Below are positions 13,400 through 25,889 of a DNA stretch of 64,000 nucleotides, one piece after another. Source of the stretch: Negaprion brevirostris (lineage: Eukaryota); assembly GCA_030324005.1 (NCBI GenBank), contig JARDVH010000193.1, positions 23,454,192 through 23,518,191 on the forward strand, in the 5' to 3' direction. Made by a program: the position numbers and the translations under genes. The stretch's first letter is position 1; every line of letters starts with the position of its first letter. Below the pieces are notes generated by a model. That model did no database searches. It was not told where the DNA came from and worked only from the letters and a program-made list of their open reading frames with translations.

Positions 13400-15060
13400 C
13401 CTCCATAAGCCACAGTACTTTTGTAGCCATTAACCTGCTTTATCACTCCAAGTCCACCTTTAACGTTCTTATATCTGACAAATCTTTACTCACCCTTTCT
13501 GATTGATTCCCCCAGCATAGTTCCCACCTTCACTCCCTCTAGCCAAGAAGTGCAGACTTGAGCATATCTGGTGTACATCTGTGTTCCCCATTCATCGGCA
13601 GATCTAAGTGGATTGCATCAACCGCTATTGAACCACTGCGTTCTCTGCCAAAACTACCAACTACTTCAAGGTCATCCTGGAGAGCAAAGATGACCCTGCC
13701 TTTTTTCTCCACTGTCTCCATTAAAACCCTTCTCCCACCCCTCAACTCACCTCCAAAATATTTTCATCAATAAGATTGAGACCATTGTTTGCCTGCCTCT
13801 GCTGCTTCCTCCATTTTGCCTTATCCACTAAACCGAACCTACCTCCAGCTTATCTTTTTCCGATTCCTGTATCCATATCAAACTTCAGCGTCTCTCTTTC
13901 TCTGCTTCACTTCTACCTCTTTCCCCCCAGCTGATCCCATCTCATGTATAAGATCCATTTACTGATCGCTTCACCCCATTCCCATTAACCACTGACCGTA
14001 CAATTTCCATTCCTGACTCCTAAACTGGCTAATATTCTAAATAATCCCAAGTATTTTCAAGTATTATCTATCACTTGCATCACCTTTCATTACCTCCATC
14101 CACAGTGTTTGCGTCTCTCCAGGAGATTTCCATCCCTGCCATGCTACTAAAGCGGCCCTAAACAAATCACATCCTCCCTGACTGGAACCATGATGCTTTA
14201 TCCTTCTTCAACTTCTCTGCAGCCTTTTACATGTTGAATTGCACCCTTCTCTTGATGCGCCTTTGTCCCATTGTCCAGCAAGGGAATTATCTCAGTTCAA
14301 CATTAGTTTTTCATCCTGCCTTGGTACTGGTCATCCCGCCCTCACACCATTATTTTTAGAGTTCCCCAAGGATTTGTTCTTGGTCCCTTCCTCTTCCCAT
14401 CTCCCCTTAGTGATATGACCAGCAGTCATAGGGTGGGCTTACACAATAACTCAGCTCTACAGCTCAATCTGTCTGTTGCCCCTGTTGTCAGCCTGTCCAT
14501 TGCCTCTATTGTCAGCTTGTCTTGTATCCAATTTCTGATGCACTGTAAGTTCCTACAATTAAGTAATTGGAATACTGAAACTGTCACCCTTAGCCCTTGT
14601 GACTGATTTCATTATCCTACCCAATTGTTGTTTCATGCTGAACTGGATGGTTCGCAGTCAGAATGTTTGACATTGAAATGAGCTACAGACCCCATCTCTA
14701 CCCAAAAGACCATCTGTTACATCGCTTGCTTCAACCCGTGTCAGCTAATCTGCCACTGAATTCCTCACCCATGTCTCTGTAATCTTAACGCTCAACTATT
14801 TTGATGCTCATCTGGCTAGCTTCCCATTCTTCATCCACTGTAAAATGCAACTCGCACAGTAGTCTTCTGCTGTACCTTATCCTACATCGGATGCCACCCA
14901 CCAATTGCCCCGTTTTGGCTATACTACATTAGCACCCAATATACAGTGTCTCCAAGTCAAAATTCTTATCCTCATTTCCAAATGCCTCTGTGGCCTTGTC
15001 CTCCTTATCCCTGTATCCTCTTCCACGAGTGCAGCCCTCCTTCCTTCTAAATGGGGCAGT
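13400..15060 (+). mobile_element. Highly decayed L2-type LINE ORF2
   Basis: C/T-rich strand bias; remnants of TETAL, L(L)DLSAAF, GVPQG(S)VLGP and KILILI(F)KCL motifs. Confidence 0.7.
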
Positions 15061-16799
15061 TTCCCAGTCTTGCATCATGATCTGGACAGCATGACCAAAT
15101 TTGACTCCACAGCATCTGTATTTGGGTGAAAATGGAATCAATTTTTAATTGTTACTGTCATTTTGTTGTCTAATTTTGTGATGGATGTGGCCAGGATGGT
15201 CATTTTATGTTGATATATTCACTTCAATTTACCAGCAAATTGCAGCATAGCCCTGCTTACATTGGCTATGTTGCTTTAACATTGCCCAAGCCAGAGATGG
15301 CTGCCACAAACCCTAGCATAATGTTGAAACTCCTGCTGGCACTCGAGTAGATTTGGCTTTTCAGGACACCAGATATTTGCATTAATAGTAATGACCACTT
15401 GCTGCACATTTTCAATTAAATTTCCTATTGGTTCATTCATCAGGTTTGTGCCTGGTGTCAATTTTTCAGGAGTTAATAAATTTAGAAAGCTTTGGGCTGT
15501 TTTTTAGAAAAACCTATTTGTATAAAAATAAATCCAAATGTGAATAAAAGCCACATTTGCATAATTAGTTGATCATTTTTTTCATTTGAGGTATAGTTCT
15601 GAGGCCCCAGGCATGGGGTGCTGAATAGCAGTCATGAATCCTGAATCCTGAACCCTGAACAATTTTTAGGGACAGAGAGTTCAGTTGCAGCTTGACTGTT
15701 GTTTTGCGTGTACGTTTGCCCTGCCTGTCACCAAATATCTCTATATGATTCAGCTACCTAATATGTACTGGATAAATTCTTTAAGCAATTGGAGCAGATT
15801 AAATTATGGTAGAAATTAGTGAAAACTGTTATTTTTAAATCTTTTTCATTTGAGGAAAATTATAATTTAGTTAGAATACACAACTTTTCTCCCTTTTGTT
15901 TCTAATTTTATAAGATATTCTGCAAGGGTTAAATTTTAATGCTTACCACAAACTGTCATCCACCCACTTCCATGCAAATGGAATTTACTTCAATACATAT
16001 CTAGCTGTCTTCCACAACAGCCTGACCGGTTCAGAAGCCAGGCANNNNNNNNNNGGAAGATTTATGTGTGGGTTGTTCATGTTGTACGTCAGCCCAAATG
16101 TTTTTGCATTTTGGTAATATTTTATGTGGGAAAACAATTTCTTAGTTCATTGCTCTTACTTGAACCATTGGGAAGACCAAAGCTATGAAATGTGGTGGTG
16201 CTGGTAGTTAATATCAGGCTGTTGAGAGCCCATGAACTGAACTCTCTGTAATCAGCTATTATCACTCAAAATGTAATTGTGATATGTCTGTGTTCAGTGC
16301 ATGTGTGTTCTGATTTTGCTTTCTTCTATTTCTAATAAAACTTAATTTGTCAATGCATGTGTGGTGACTGTAGAACAATTGGTTAATTTCCTTTTTCCTC
16401 AAAATGTGCTTGTCTCTGGTTTGTCATTTAGTCATGTTCTTTCAGATTGACTATTTGTTTGGCAATCAGACAATCTCTTAACAATCTCATTGCTTCAGAA
16501 ATAATTTTAAGATCTCTTCACTTACATTAAAACAGTTTTAAAAATCTCCATGATAAAGCCACCATGATCCTCCTCACCTAGGCACACATTCTGGATTATC
16601 ATTCTTTCCTAGGGGAAAAGGAAATGGCATTTGGACTGGTGCACCAATTTACAGTTCCATTTATGGCATGCTGGTTTGATTATGCCTAGGCTTCACAGCC
16701 TTGCACTTGATTGGAAGGTATCTAAACCTCCTGAGCTTAGTTTGCAGTCATGGCTGTTGCTGCTGCCTTCTTTGTACACCTGTTCTCCTCAATTTTTAA

Positions 16800-17115
16800 A
16801 AACATTCTTTCACAGGATTTGGGTGTCAGTGGAAGGCTAGCAATTATTGTCCATTCCTAATTGCATTCAAGAAGGTGGCCAGTCATGAGCCATCTTCTTG
16901 AACCCCTCCAGCCATGTCGTGTAGGTACACCCACCGTGCAGTTAGGAAGGCAGTTCTAGGATTTTGATCCAGCGACAGTGAAGGAATGGCGATTATATTT
17001 CGTAATCAAGATGGTGTGTGGCTTGGATGGAAACTTGTCTGATGCCTCTGGCCTTCCAAATCTTGCAGATTTGGAAGGTGCTGTCAAAGGAGCCTTGATG
17101 AGCTGCTGCAGTGCC
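16800..17115 (-). mobile_element. LINE 3' fragment of the same family as 41850-42600
   Basis: Shares aggattttga(t/c)ccagc(g/a)acagtgaag and flanking sequence with 41983-42010. Confidence 0.7.
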
Positions 17116-18489
17116 CCTACTCTCTCTTTCTCTCTCTCTCGCCAAATCCAGCTGTAAAGGCCCCAGGCAACATATCTTACTTCAAAGATGCCTTAACCCT
17201 GGTATTATTGAAGCTTTAGGTTTTTAAGCTGGAAAATTCAGCTAGGCTTAAAAGGTTTTCAATCCTTTTTAATAAGTTCTTGCTAAGATTAAAATGTCAC
17301 CTTTCNNNNNNNNNNNNNNNNNNNNNNNNNNNNNNNNNNNNNNNNNNNNNNNNNNNNNNNNNNNNNNNNNNNNNNNNNNNNNNNNNNNNNNNNNNNNNNN
17401 NNNNNNNNNNNNNNNNNNNNNNNNNNNNNNNNNNNNNNNNNNNNNNNNNNNNNNNNNNNNNNNNNNNNNNNNNNNNNNNNNNNNNNNNNNNNNNNNNNNN
17501 NNNNNNNNNNNNNNNNNNNNNNNNNNNNNNNNNNNNNNNNNNNNNNNNNNNNNNNNNNNNNNNNNNNNNNNNNNNNNNNNNNNNNNNNNNNNNNNNNNNN
17601 NNNNNNNNNNNNNNNNNNNNNNNNNNNNNNNNNNNNNNNNNNNNNNNNNNNNNNNNNNNNNNNNNNNNNNNNNNNNNNNNNNNNNNNNNNNNNNNNNNNN
17701 NNNNNNNNNNNNNNNNNNNNNNNNNNNNNNNNNNNNNNNNNNNNNNNNNNNNNNNNNNNNNNNNNNNNNNNNNNNNNNNNNNNNNNNNNNNNNNNNNNNN
17801 NNNNNNNNNNNNNNNNNNNNNNNNNNNNNNNCTGCTGAGATTTTCCAACATCTTCTGTTTTTGTAGCTATTCTAATCATTACCAAGTCTGTGTAACCTGA
17901 ATTTCCTCCGTCTCAATTTGCATGTGTATTTTAGTTGCTGTTCCAGACCCAACCCACTAATCCCACTTCCCTTTCTCTTGCCGTTCTCCTTAGTATTTTC
18001 AGGCTATCATACCCTGTCTGTTCCCCTTCCTGCCACACATTTATATATCTTTTCATTCCTTCCTTCTCCGATATTTGGCCACTTTATGCCTGACTTTCTC
18101 TTAAGTAAGCCAATAGTTTGCCTCTATCTCTTTTGTAATTCTGTGAAGAGGAATGGCCTCTTGACAGACAACAGCCCACTTGTCCATCATCTCGTGCTGA
18201 TGTTTCCACCCAGCTTACTCACTTCAGGCTACTCTTGTCAACCTCCTTGTCTTCCTCATGTCTCCCACCACAGATATGGAATTCTGCTAGAGGAGCCAGA
18301 ATCTCCACCCTTCAATGCATCTCCTTCCAGAATTTCAGTTCCATTGCAAGCAAGACCCTAGTCATCCATTTTGTGGACAGGCATTATGGCATTCATGGAA
18401 ACTTTTGATCACTGCAATGACAGCTTGTTTCTTACTGAAACTTTCACTTCTGTCCATCAATTCATCATTAAACTGAATCATACTGCCAT

Positions 18490-18784
18490 GGGGTGGCACA
18501 GTGGTTACCACTGTTGCCTCACAGTGCCAGGGACTCGGGTTCGATTCCTAGTTTGCATCACTGCCTGTGCTGAGTCTGCACATTCTCCCCATGTCTACGA
18601 GCGTTTCCTCCGAGTGCTCCAGTTTCCTCCCACAGTCTCAAAGACTTGCTGGTTAGGTGCATCGACCATACTAAGTTCTCCTTCAATGTACCCGAACAGG
18701 CGCTGGAGTGTGGCAACTAGGATATTTTCGCAGTAACTTCATTGCAGTTTTGATGTAAGCCACCATATGACACTAATAAATAAA
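18490..18784 (+). mobile_element. Full-length HE1-like tRNA-derived SINE
   Basis: Pol III A box TGGCACAGTGG, B box GGTTCGATTCC, conserved body, (TAAA)n tail. Confidence 0.9.
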
Positions 18785-18877
18785 AGCATTTTTAAAAAAT
18801 GATAGTGGTGAGGCGTATATCAGCAAATCTTACCTTGGTCTCACCCCAAGTCCTCCGGCACCTCTTTTAAACATTTT

Positions 18878-19814
18878 GGGCCCGATTTTACCATTGCTTG
18901 GGATCATTTCAGGCGAGTAGCACAATCCGCGCCGGTTCCCCCTTTACCAAGGCCCAAAAATGGCCACATTTGGAATCATACCCGTAACGGGCATGACTTA
19001 ATGGGCTGCACGCCCAACTTTACTGGCACTTCCCCCTTTACCACCGTGTTTGCCCATCCAGAATTGGTGCAGAAGTCCGATTCGGGGCTCCAATTAGAGA
19101 GGAGGTAGGTGCCTAGCATCCGATGGCTCTCTGCTTGAGATTGGTGGGGGGGGGAAGATGGGTCTGCTGCCACTCTGCTTGAGATCGGTTGGGGGGGGTC
19201 CACTGCCGCTTTGCCTGAAATCAGTGGAGAGAAAGGGGGTCCACTGCCAGTCTTCGTGAGATCAGTGGAGGGAAAGGGGNNNNNNNNNNNNNNNNNNNNN
19301 NNNNNNNNNNNNNNNNNNNNNNNNNNNNNNNNNNNNNNNNNNNNNNNNNNNNNNNNNNNNNNNNNNNNNNNNNNNNNNNNNNNNNNNNNNNNNNNNNNNN
19401 NNNNNNNNNNNNNNNNNNNNNNNNNNNNNNNNNNNNNNNNNNNNGGTTTGTTGGTGGGGGAAGGGCTTGCGATTGGTCTGGGTGGGGGGGATAAGAGGGT
19501 CACTAATGTTGTGGGGGTGGGGCAATGTCTGTGGGGGCCAGGGGGGGAGACATTATCCTGCCCGGGAGGAATATGGCAGGGGAGCATTCTATCATTTTGT
19601 TTTCTGTGTGTGTGTGTATAGTTGGAGGTGCTGGTAGGAGCTGCAGAGTTTTGGGCATGTTAAGCCCCGTCCTCAGGCTTGTGCAGCACGATTCAGAATC
19701 GCTGGTATTTTTTCAGGCAGAGTGTGCCTCAGAACGGGTCTGAAAGTCGAATCTAAAACACTCCCAGTTTCAAGTCCACCCAGCACTTGAAATCAAAATG
19801 ATAAAATAGGGCCC
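18878..19814. mobile_element. Non-autonomous PIF/Harbinger-type DNA transposon
   Basis: TIRs GGGCCCGATTTTACCATT / AATGATAAAATAGGGCCC, flanked by TTT on both sides (3-bp TSD); GC-rich interior with internal repeats. Confidence 0.8.
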
Positions 19815-19849
19815 TTTGTTTTGTTCCACTAATAACAATCCTTGAAGGA

Positions 19850-20340
19850 ACTTAGTGGATTTTTCAAACTCCCAGCTGTCTAACCTTTAGCCCCCTGTTC
19901 ACCACAATAATTCAGCTGTGAATCTGTTCAATCACTTCTACACCTCTTCCTTTAATGCTCTTGACCCCAATAAAGCTCTTACTCTCTTCCATCTGGTTAC
20001 ACTCTCTGGTGCAGCTTCTTGTCTAAGACGCACAGCCTGAAGGTTTGTGTTGCACAGCTAGTTTAATCACTTGTTGCCTGATCTCATTGGACCATACCAA
20101 TCATCATCAGACCCTGTTTCCCCCTTCCAAAAGAGGTCCTATGCCAGAATCATTCTGCAATGCAAAAAAAAATCCAAGCTTTATTCCACTACCAACCATG
20201 TCCTTAAATCGCTTCTTCAATCCCTTGCCCATTCCACCCTCATCTCTAATAAGTGCAAGGAGCTCACAGACAGCTTTTGTCACAGAGACCATTCATTTAT
20301 CAGTGTCAAGCTTGTCTGATTCTGCTCCTGTGAAGCTCTA
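19850..20340 (+). mobile_element. L2-type LINE fragment
   Basis: SYARIILQCKK(N)SKLYSTTNHVLK and LISNKCKELTDSF-like linker remnants. Confidence 0.6.
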
Positions 20341-20679
20341 TGGGTAATTTTCTTATGTTAAATGCAATTTACGACTGTGGGCGCCAGATGCGAATAGGAT
20401 TGCATTTTTTGTGACATTCCCTGTAGTTGAATAACTTACAGTCAAGGCTGAAACGTGAAAAATGGTTGTTTTAGCAAAGTACTGCAGTGCACTGTCTACT
20501 CTGATAAGGAATCAGTGTGTCAGAGAGAACAGGAGCTGGTGAGGGGAAAGATAATAAGTGCAGCAATATCTGACTTGGTGAAGTACTTAACAGTTGATGC
20601 ACATCTTCTATAGCATCACAATAGAAGATGCTACCTGTACCAGTTTGATAATGTGCTGTAAGCAAAACTTTTATGTCAA

Positions 20680-21070
20680 ATGTGACTCAATTGATAGCAC
20701 TCTTGCTTCTAAGTTAAAAAGCTGTGCTTCCAAGAGTAAAACACAAAATCCCGGCTAATACTCTAGTGCAGTACTAGGCAGCACTGTGCTGTCCACGGTG
20801 CCATCATTTAGTTAATTAAACCAAAACCATTTTTGTCCTCGGACATAAAAGATCCATGGCACTGTTTAATGAGAAACAGAGGAATTCACATGGTGCCTTG
20901 GTCAATATTTATCGTTTAACCAATGTCATTAAAACAGATTACCTACACATTAATGCATTGTTGATTATGGGACCATGTTGTGTGCAAATTTTCTGCCATA
21001 TTTCTTATATTACCGCGTGACTACACTTAAAAAGTACCCTGGATGTATAATGCTTTGGGCATCATGCTGT
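20680..21070 (+). mobile_element. Old Deu-domain SINE
   Basis: aaaagatccatggcactgttt...ggtcaatatttatc...aaaacagatta...gtgtgcaaatt...gtgactacacttaaaaagtac. Confidence 0.8.
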
Positions 21071-21754
21071 GGGGGACACTAAGAATGTGTCTCAAATATT
21101 CTTTCAACACTCTTTCAACACTAATATTCAACCTCCAAACTAAGCTGTGTTCTATCCTAACCGGATATCCATAAATGCTTTTTCAGCAGGGATCACTGAA
21201 CAGCTGTGAGGAACAGGAGGGTTGGCTGATTCATTGGAGTCTAGGAATCAAACTTACCATCTTTGCCTTTTAGAAGTCTTTCCAAAACCCATATATATCT
21301 GACTAAGCTTTTGACCACCTCTTTTGCTCTCCCACAAAGGCTTGGTGTCTGCTCTTTTCTTTGTGTGATGTACCTTGAGATTTTTTTTCCTACATTAAAG
21401 CTGTTGTATAAATGCAAATTATTATTGACATTTTGTTGAATTTATTATTGTTTTGTATTTTTAAGTTCTCTGAAAGAGAGCTGTGACTTTGCCCTGTTGT
21501 TTCAGAAGCATTGTTCTGGAAACTACTACACTGCAGTTATTGACTTCAATGACTAATCGTTTTTGCTTTTGTACAGCTGAGTCCTGTAAGTTTGGGATGC
21601 AATAAGCTTCTGTTGTCTAAAGCCCAGAGAAAACTCACATCAGCAATATGTTTCTATCCTCCTGCCAGTGAACACTAACCGCTGGCTCAACTGGATGAAT
21701 GGCATCAGACTTTGAGTTTATTTTTTTTTAAGGCGTGCCTTCATATCAATATGA

Positions 21755-21975
21755 AAACAGAAAATGCTGGAAATACTCAAAGCCTGGCACCATCTGTGGA
21801 GAGAGAAACAGAGTTAATATTTCAGGTCAAGGGCCTTTCATCAGAAATTCTAATGAAAAGTCATTGACCTAAAACATTAATTCTGTTTCTCTCTCTGTAG
21901 ATGCAGCATGACACGCTGAGTATTTCCAACATTTGCCCTTTCCCTTCTCAGATTTTCAGCATCTGCAGTGTTTTG
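21755..21975. mobile_element. Penelope-type terminal repeat pair forming an inverted repeat (arms about 85 bp)
   Basis: aaaatgctggaaatactca...cagagttaatatttcaggtcaagggcctttcatcagaa followed directly by its diverged reverse complement; related pieces near 9575, 32540, 42930, 49745, 50265 and 55590. Confidence 0.75.
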
Positions 21976-22744
21976 TATTCATGTTAGTAGCTTTTGTGAA
22001 TGTCTAGATGCAAAAATGGTTGCAAGGAGAGTAACCTTCTCCGCTATTATATAGGACCTTACTCATAGCTGGAAATTTGCATATGAATTCAAGTTTCAGG
22101 CTTCAGTTGATCTTTGATGTGTTGTGCCAACTTTATTTTGGATAGTAATTGAAGATGTCCATGCAATGGATAGTACAGCTCATTTGTTTTTGATTGTCCC
22201 TGTGAACACAGTCATTGCCTGGTAGTTTAACAATACTTTGTGATGTCTTAATAACTAATGCTGATGAGGATACACTTGCTGTTGATTGTTCTGCAGTGTC
22301 TTCTGTCATGTAGTGCTGCTGGAAGCATTATATGCTATGATAGGCTTGTTCCTGAGGTCACATCCAGCATTACATTTAACCAGGCATCCAGCTTATCTTG
22401 ATGGTGGTTTTTGGGTCTGCTATGATGGTCTCCCTCAAGAATTGGAGCTTCTGCATGCATTAATTATTTGGAAATTCGTGGTCTTGGCCATCTGTCTGCA
22501 GATATGGATGTGAGAATCCAAGTGACTGAGGCACAGATCACCACCTGCTGTACAGCCTGTTTCTCTTGCCCACTCCCAATCCCCTTAAAAACAAACTACC
22601 TAAAATTACAGCACGCAAGAACTAAAGGAAATGAAGTAACTACATTGAAATACATTTACCTTAACATCAGAATCTTCTCCTGACTGAATCATGACCATAT
22701 TCAATGTACAGAAATGACCTTAGCTCTATCACCTTTGACTCAAA

Positions 22745-23140
22745 AAATTTTGGGTTTAAGATCCACTCAGATACTTGAGCACGAAAGTCTATGTTGACAC
22801 ATCAGTGCAATCCTGTAGGAACACTGCACTGTCAGTGGTGCCATCTTTCAGGTGAACTGTCTGACTCTGTCTGCTCTCAAGTGGGCATGACACTATTTCA
22901 AAAAAAAACTGGGGAGTTCTCCCTGGTACCCTGTTCGATGTTTATCCCTGATCCGAGATTACTAGGCAGATGATCTGTCAATACCTCATTGCTGTTTGTG
23001 GGTGTTTTCTGTATGAAAATTGGTTGCTACATTCCTACATTACAACAGGGATTACAATTCTAAAGTACTTCATTAATTATAAAGCACATTGGAAAGTCTT
23101 TTGATCATGGGAAGTGCTATATAGATGCAAGTTCTTTATA
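22745..23140 (+). mobile_element. Old Deu-domain SINE
   Basis: gcactgtcagtggtgccatctttcagg...ggggagttctccctgg...cattgctgtttgtggg...ttcctacattacaacag...aagtacttcatt. Confidence 0.8.
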
Positions 23141-23579
23141 CAATTTCACATAATTAAGTAGATAATGTATAACTATCTTATTTTAAGTTACTGGCATTTA
23201 CTTGTAAACAAGGATGACCCATTGAGAAGATGGGAAATTTAAATTCAATTAATTAAATACATCTGAAATTAAAAAAAAGTCTTCGTGACAGTGACCATGA
23301 AAATACTGAATTGTTGTAAAACCTGATCTGGTTCACAAATGTCCTATAGGGAAGCAGATCTGCCCTGTTTACCCAACCTGACCTATATATGAATCCAGAC
23401 CCAGAGAAATGTGGTTGATACTTAACTGTGCTCTGAAAAGGGTCTGTCTAGCATGCCACTTGGCCATACTTGATCCTTCTTGAGGGCAAATAGAGATGGG
23501 CAATAGATATTGACTTTCCCAATGAAGCAGACGTGATGAATGAATAAGAATGGCATGCTTTTAAGGGCTTATTGAGAGC

Positions 23580-23902
23580 TGGAAAATAGAGGGCATAGGT
23601 TTAATAAAACCAGAGGGCATAGGTTTATGGTGAGAGGGGAGAAATACAGAAGGCTCCAGTGGGGTAATTTTTTCACACACAGGGTGGTGAGTGCCTGGAA
23701 CAAGCTACCTGAGATAGTACTAGAGGCGAGTACAATTTTGTCTTTTAAACAGCATTTAAACAGTTATATAGGTAAGGTGGCTATAGAGAGATATGGGCCA
23801 AATGTGGGCAATTGGGACTAGCTTAGTGTTAAAAACAAAGGGGCGTCAAGGACAAGTTAGACTGAAGGAGCTGTTTTCATGCTATAAACCTCTATGACTC
23901 TT
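23580..23902 (+). mobile_element. CR1 LINE 3' end
   Basis: NFFTHRVVSAWNKLPE...SFKQHLNSY, followed by the ctatgactct tail. Confidence 0.88.
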
Positions 23903-24056
23903 AAATTACAAGTTCATTCATTAATGATAATTTATTGGCATGATAATTAAGTTCTTCATAGATTTTGGTAACTTAATTCTTCATGAGTCAGGAGTGTATT
24001 TTTTGAGAAAGATTACCCTGCAAACTACTTGCTAACAATGATCCACTGTCTCTCAG

Positions 24057-24213
24057 ATTTTGCGGGGAATGTTTGCAACCCTGCCTCCAAGTTGTGTCGC
24101 CTCTGTGTCCACTTTGTCGTATGCCATTTGACCCAAAAAAGGTGGAAAAGGCCTCTAATGTGGAGAAGCAACTTTCTTCTTATAAGGCTCCCTGCCGAGG
24201 ATGCAATAAAAAG
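24057..24213 (+). CDS. RNF166: RING finger protein 166 (E3 ubiquitin ligase), coding exon 2: C-terminal half of the RING-HC domain and start of the C2HC finger
   Basis: tctcag|A acceptor and AAG|gtaagc donor; 157 nt; encodes FCGECLQPCLQVVSPLCPLCRMPFDPKKVEKASNVEKQLSSYKAPCRGCNKK, nearly identical to vertebrate RNF166 as recalled. Confidence 0.96.
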
Positions 24214-24439
24214 GTAAGCAAAAGCAAACTAATTAATTTAGTATATTTTGGAATTACATTTCTTTATTAAAAAAATTGATTTCTAAAATTATATCCATAT
24301 TTATTCAATTAAGGTTGAAATTCTAAAATAGTTTGTTATCCTGTGCTGTAGTCAATGATCTACTTATGGGTTTGGAATCATCCGCTGTTTCCCATGTCTT
24401 TAGCAAAATGTTGATAACAAAATTACTTGATATTTTCAG

Positions 24440-24845
24440 ACGAATGAGGGGGGGGAATCTCATAGAAATTTATAAAATTCTAACAGGACTAAACAGGGTA
24501 GATGCAGGGAGGATACTCCCAATGGTGGGAGAGTCCAGAACCATAAGAACATCTACATATTGATTGGTCGACCCATGTTGGACGCGGTGGGCTCGAGGAG
24601 GAGTTCTTGGAATGCTGCCGGGATAGTNNNNNNNNNNNNNNNNNNNNNNNNNNNNNNNNNNNNNNNNNNNNNNNNNNNNNNNNNNNNNNNNNNNNNNNNN
24701 NNNNNNNNNNTCTTATTGAATGGCGGGGCAGGCTCGAGGGGCTAGATGGCCTACTCCTGCTCCTATTTCTTATGTTCTTATGAATGGCAGAGCAGGCTCG
24801 AAGGGTCAAATGGCCTCCCCCTGTTCCTATCTCCTATGTTTCTGT
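24440..24845. mobile_element. Cluster of CR1 3' fragments
   Basis: RMRGGNLIEIYKILTGLNRVDAGRILPMVGESRT; two tandem CR1 tails (ggcctactcctgctcctatttcttatg). Confidence 0.8.
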
Positions 24846-25889
24846 AGAAGAAATGTTGGAGACAGGCAGACAATGTGATTTTGTTGCTTTGTTTTGTACA
24901 ACTAGTGGAATAAATGGTGTCTGCTCTAATCTAATGTTGCATTTTATTGCATGACTTTGTGATACTATAAACCTTTTGCTACTCAAAGATTTTAATGTTG
25001 GGCATTTACCCTTCATTAGATTCTCCATTCAGTTTTTAATTGTGATTTCTAGCTACTTACAAACTCTTTGCTGTTGCTCCTGTAAATCCTGCAGTTCAGA
25101 AACTTAGGTTAAATCTTACTTTGCAGGCAGGGGCTGGGAAATTGAAGCCCTCGCATTGCCAGGACAACAGTTTAATGACTTGAGTGTTGAGGAGTCACAC
25201 TAACAGCTGTTAAGGACATGGCTGATGGTAAATGCCAAGCTGTTCAAGTCCCAAAAGGGAAACTTGAAACAACTGCCCTCAACTGTGCTTTTGCAATTTG
25301 GGGTGAAATTTTACTCGGCCCTGGTGGCTGTGCACCTGACCTGGAAGCTCGTGATGACATCAGATGCATGTCCCAACACCATCATGTGCTCTTGATTATT
25401 TTGGTTGGCGAGCACAGACATGGATCAGTAGCACACCCATCAACAATTAGGGAGCCACTTGAGAGGATTAATTCTGCAGTTAACAGGAATATTATGTTGC
25501 CTGTGTGATTCTTATGTCGGCACACAAGCAGGCAGCCAATTCGCTTTTGCAGTTTTCACATCCAAGGGTGGGGTCAAGGGAGGATTTTCACAGTCGCCTC
25601 ATTGCAATGTTATTATAAGCCTACTTGAGACACTAATAAATAAACTTTTAACCGAAAGTTAGGAGCTTTGGACGGTTCAGTGAGTATTGTTTGGAGCATT
25701 TTGAGCATTTTCTCTGTATTCTTTGAAGGTTCAGCATATGTGGGGAGGGAGGGGCAATTCTACCATCCCCCTGCACTGCTTTTGTAGCACAGGGGGCCAG
25801 GAGACTCAAGTGAAGGCCGTTTCACGGGCTCCCCGCTGGGTACCACAACCTCTACAATTCTCTGCATTCAGCTCCACATCAGAAATGGT

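Noticed and set aside
17280-17900. Long ORFs across N runs (also 9040-9637, 25879-26626, 30463-30908, 33745-34221, 56938-57827, 61625-62740)
   Set aside because: Artefacts of translating assembly gaps as X
18490-18560. tRNA genes (A/B boxes in several places)
   Set aside because: Each continues into a shared SINE body and tail; these are tRNA-derived SINE heads, not cloverleaf tRNA genes
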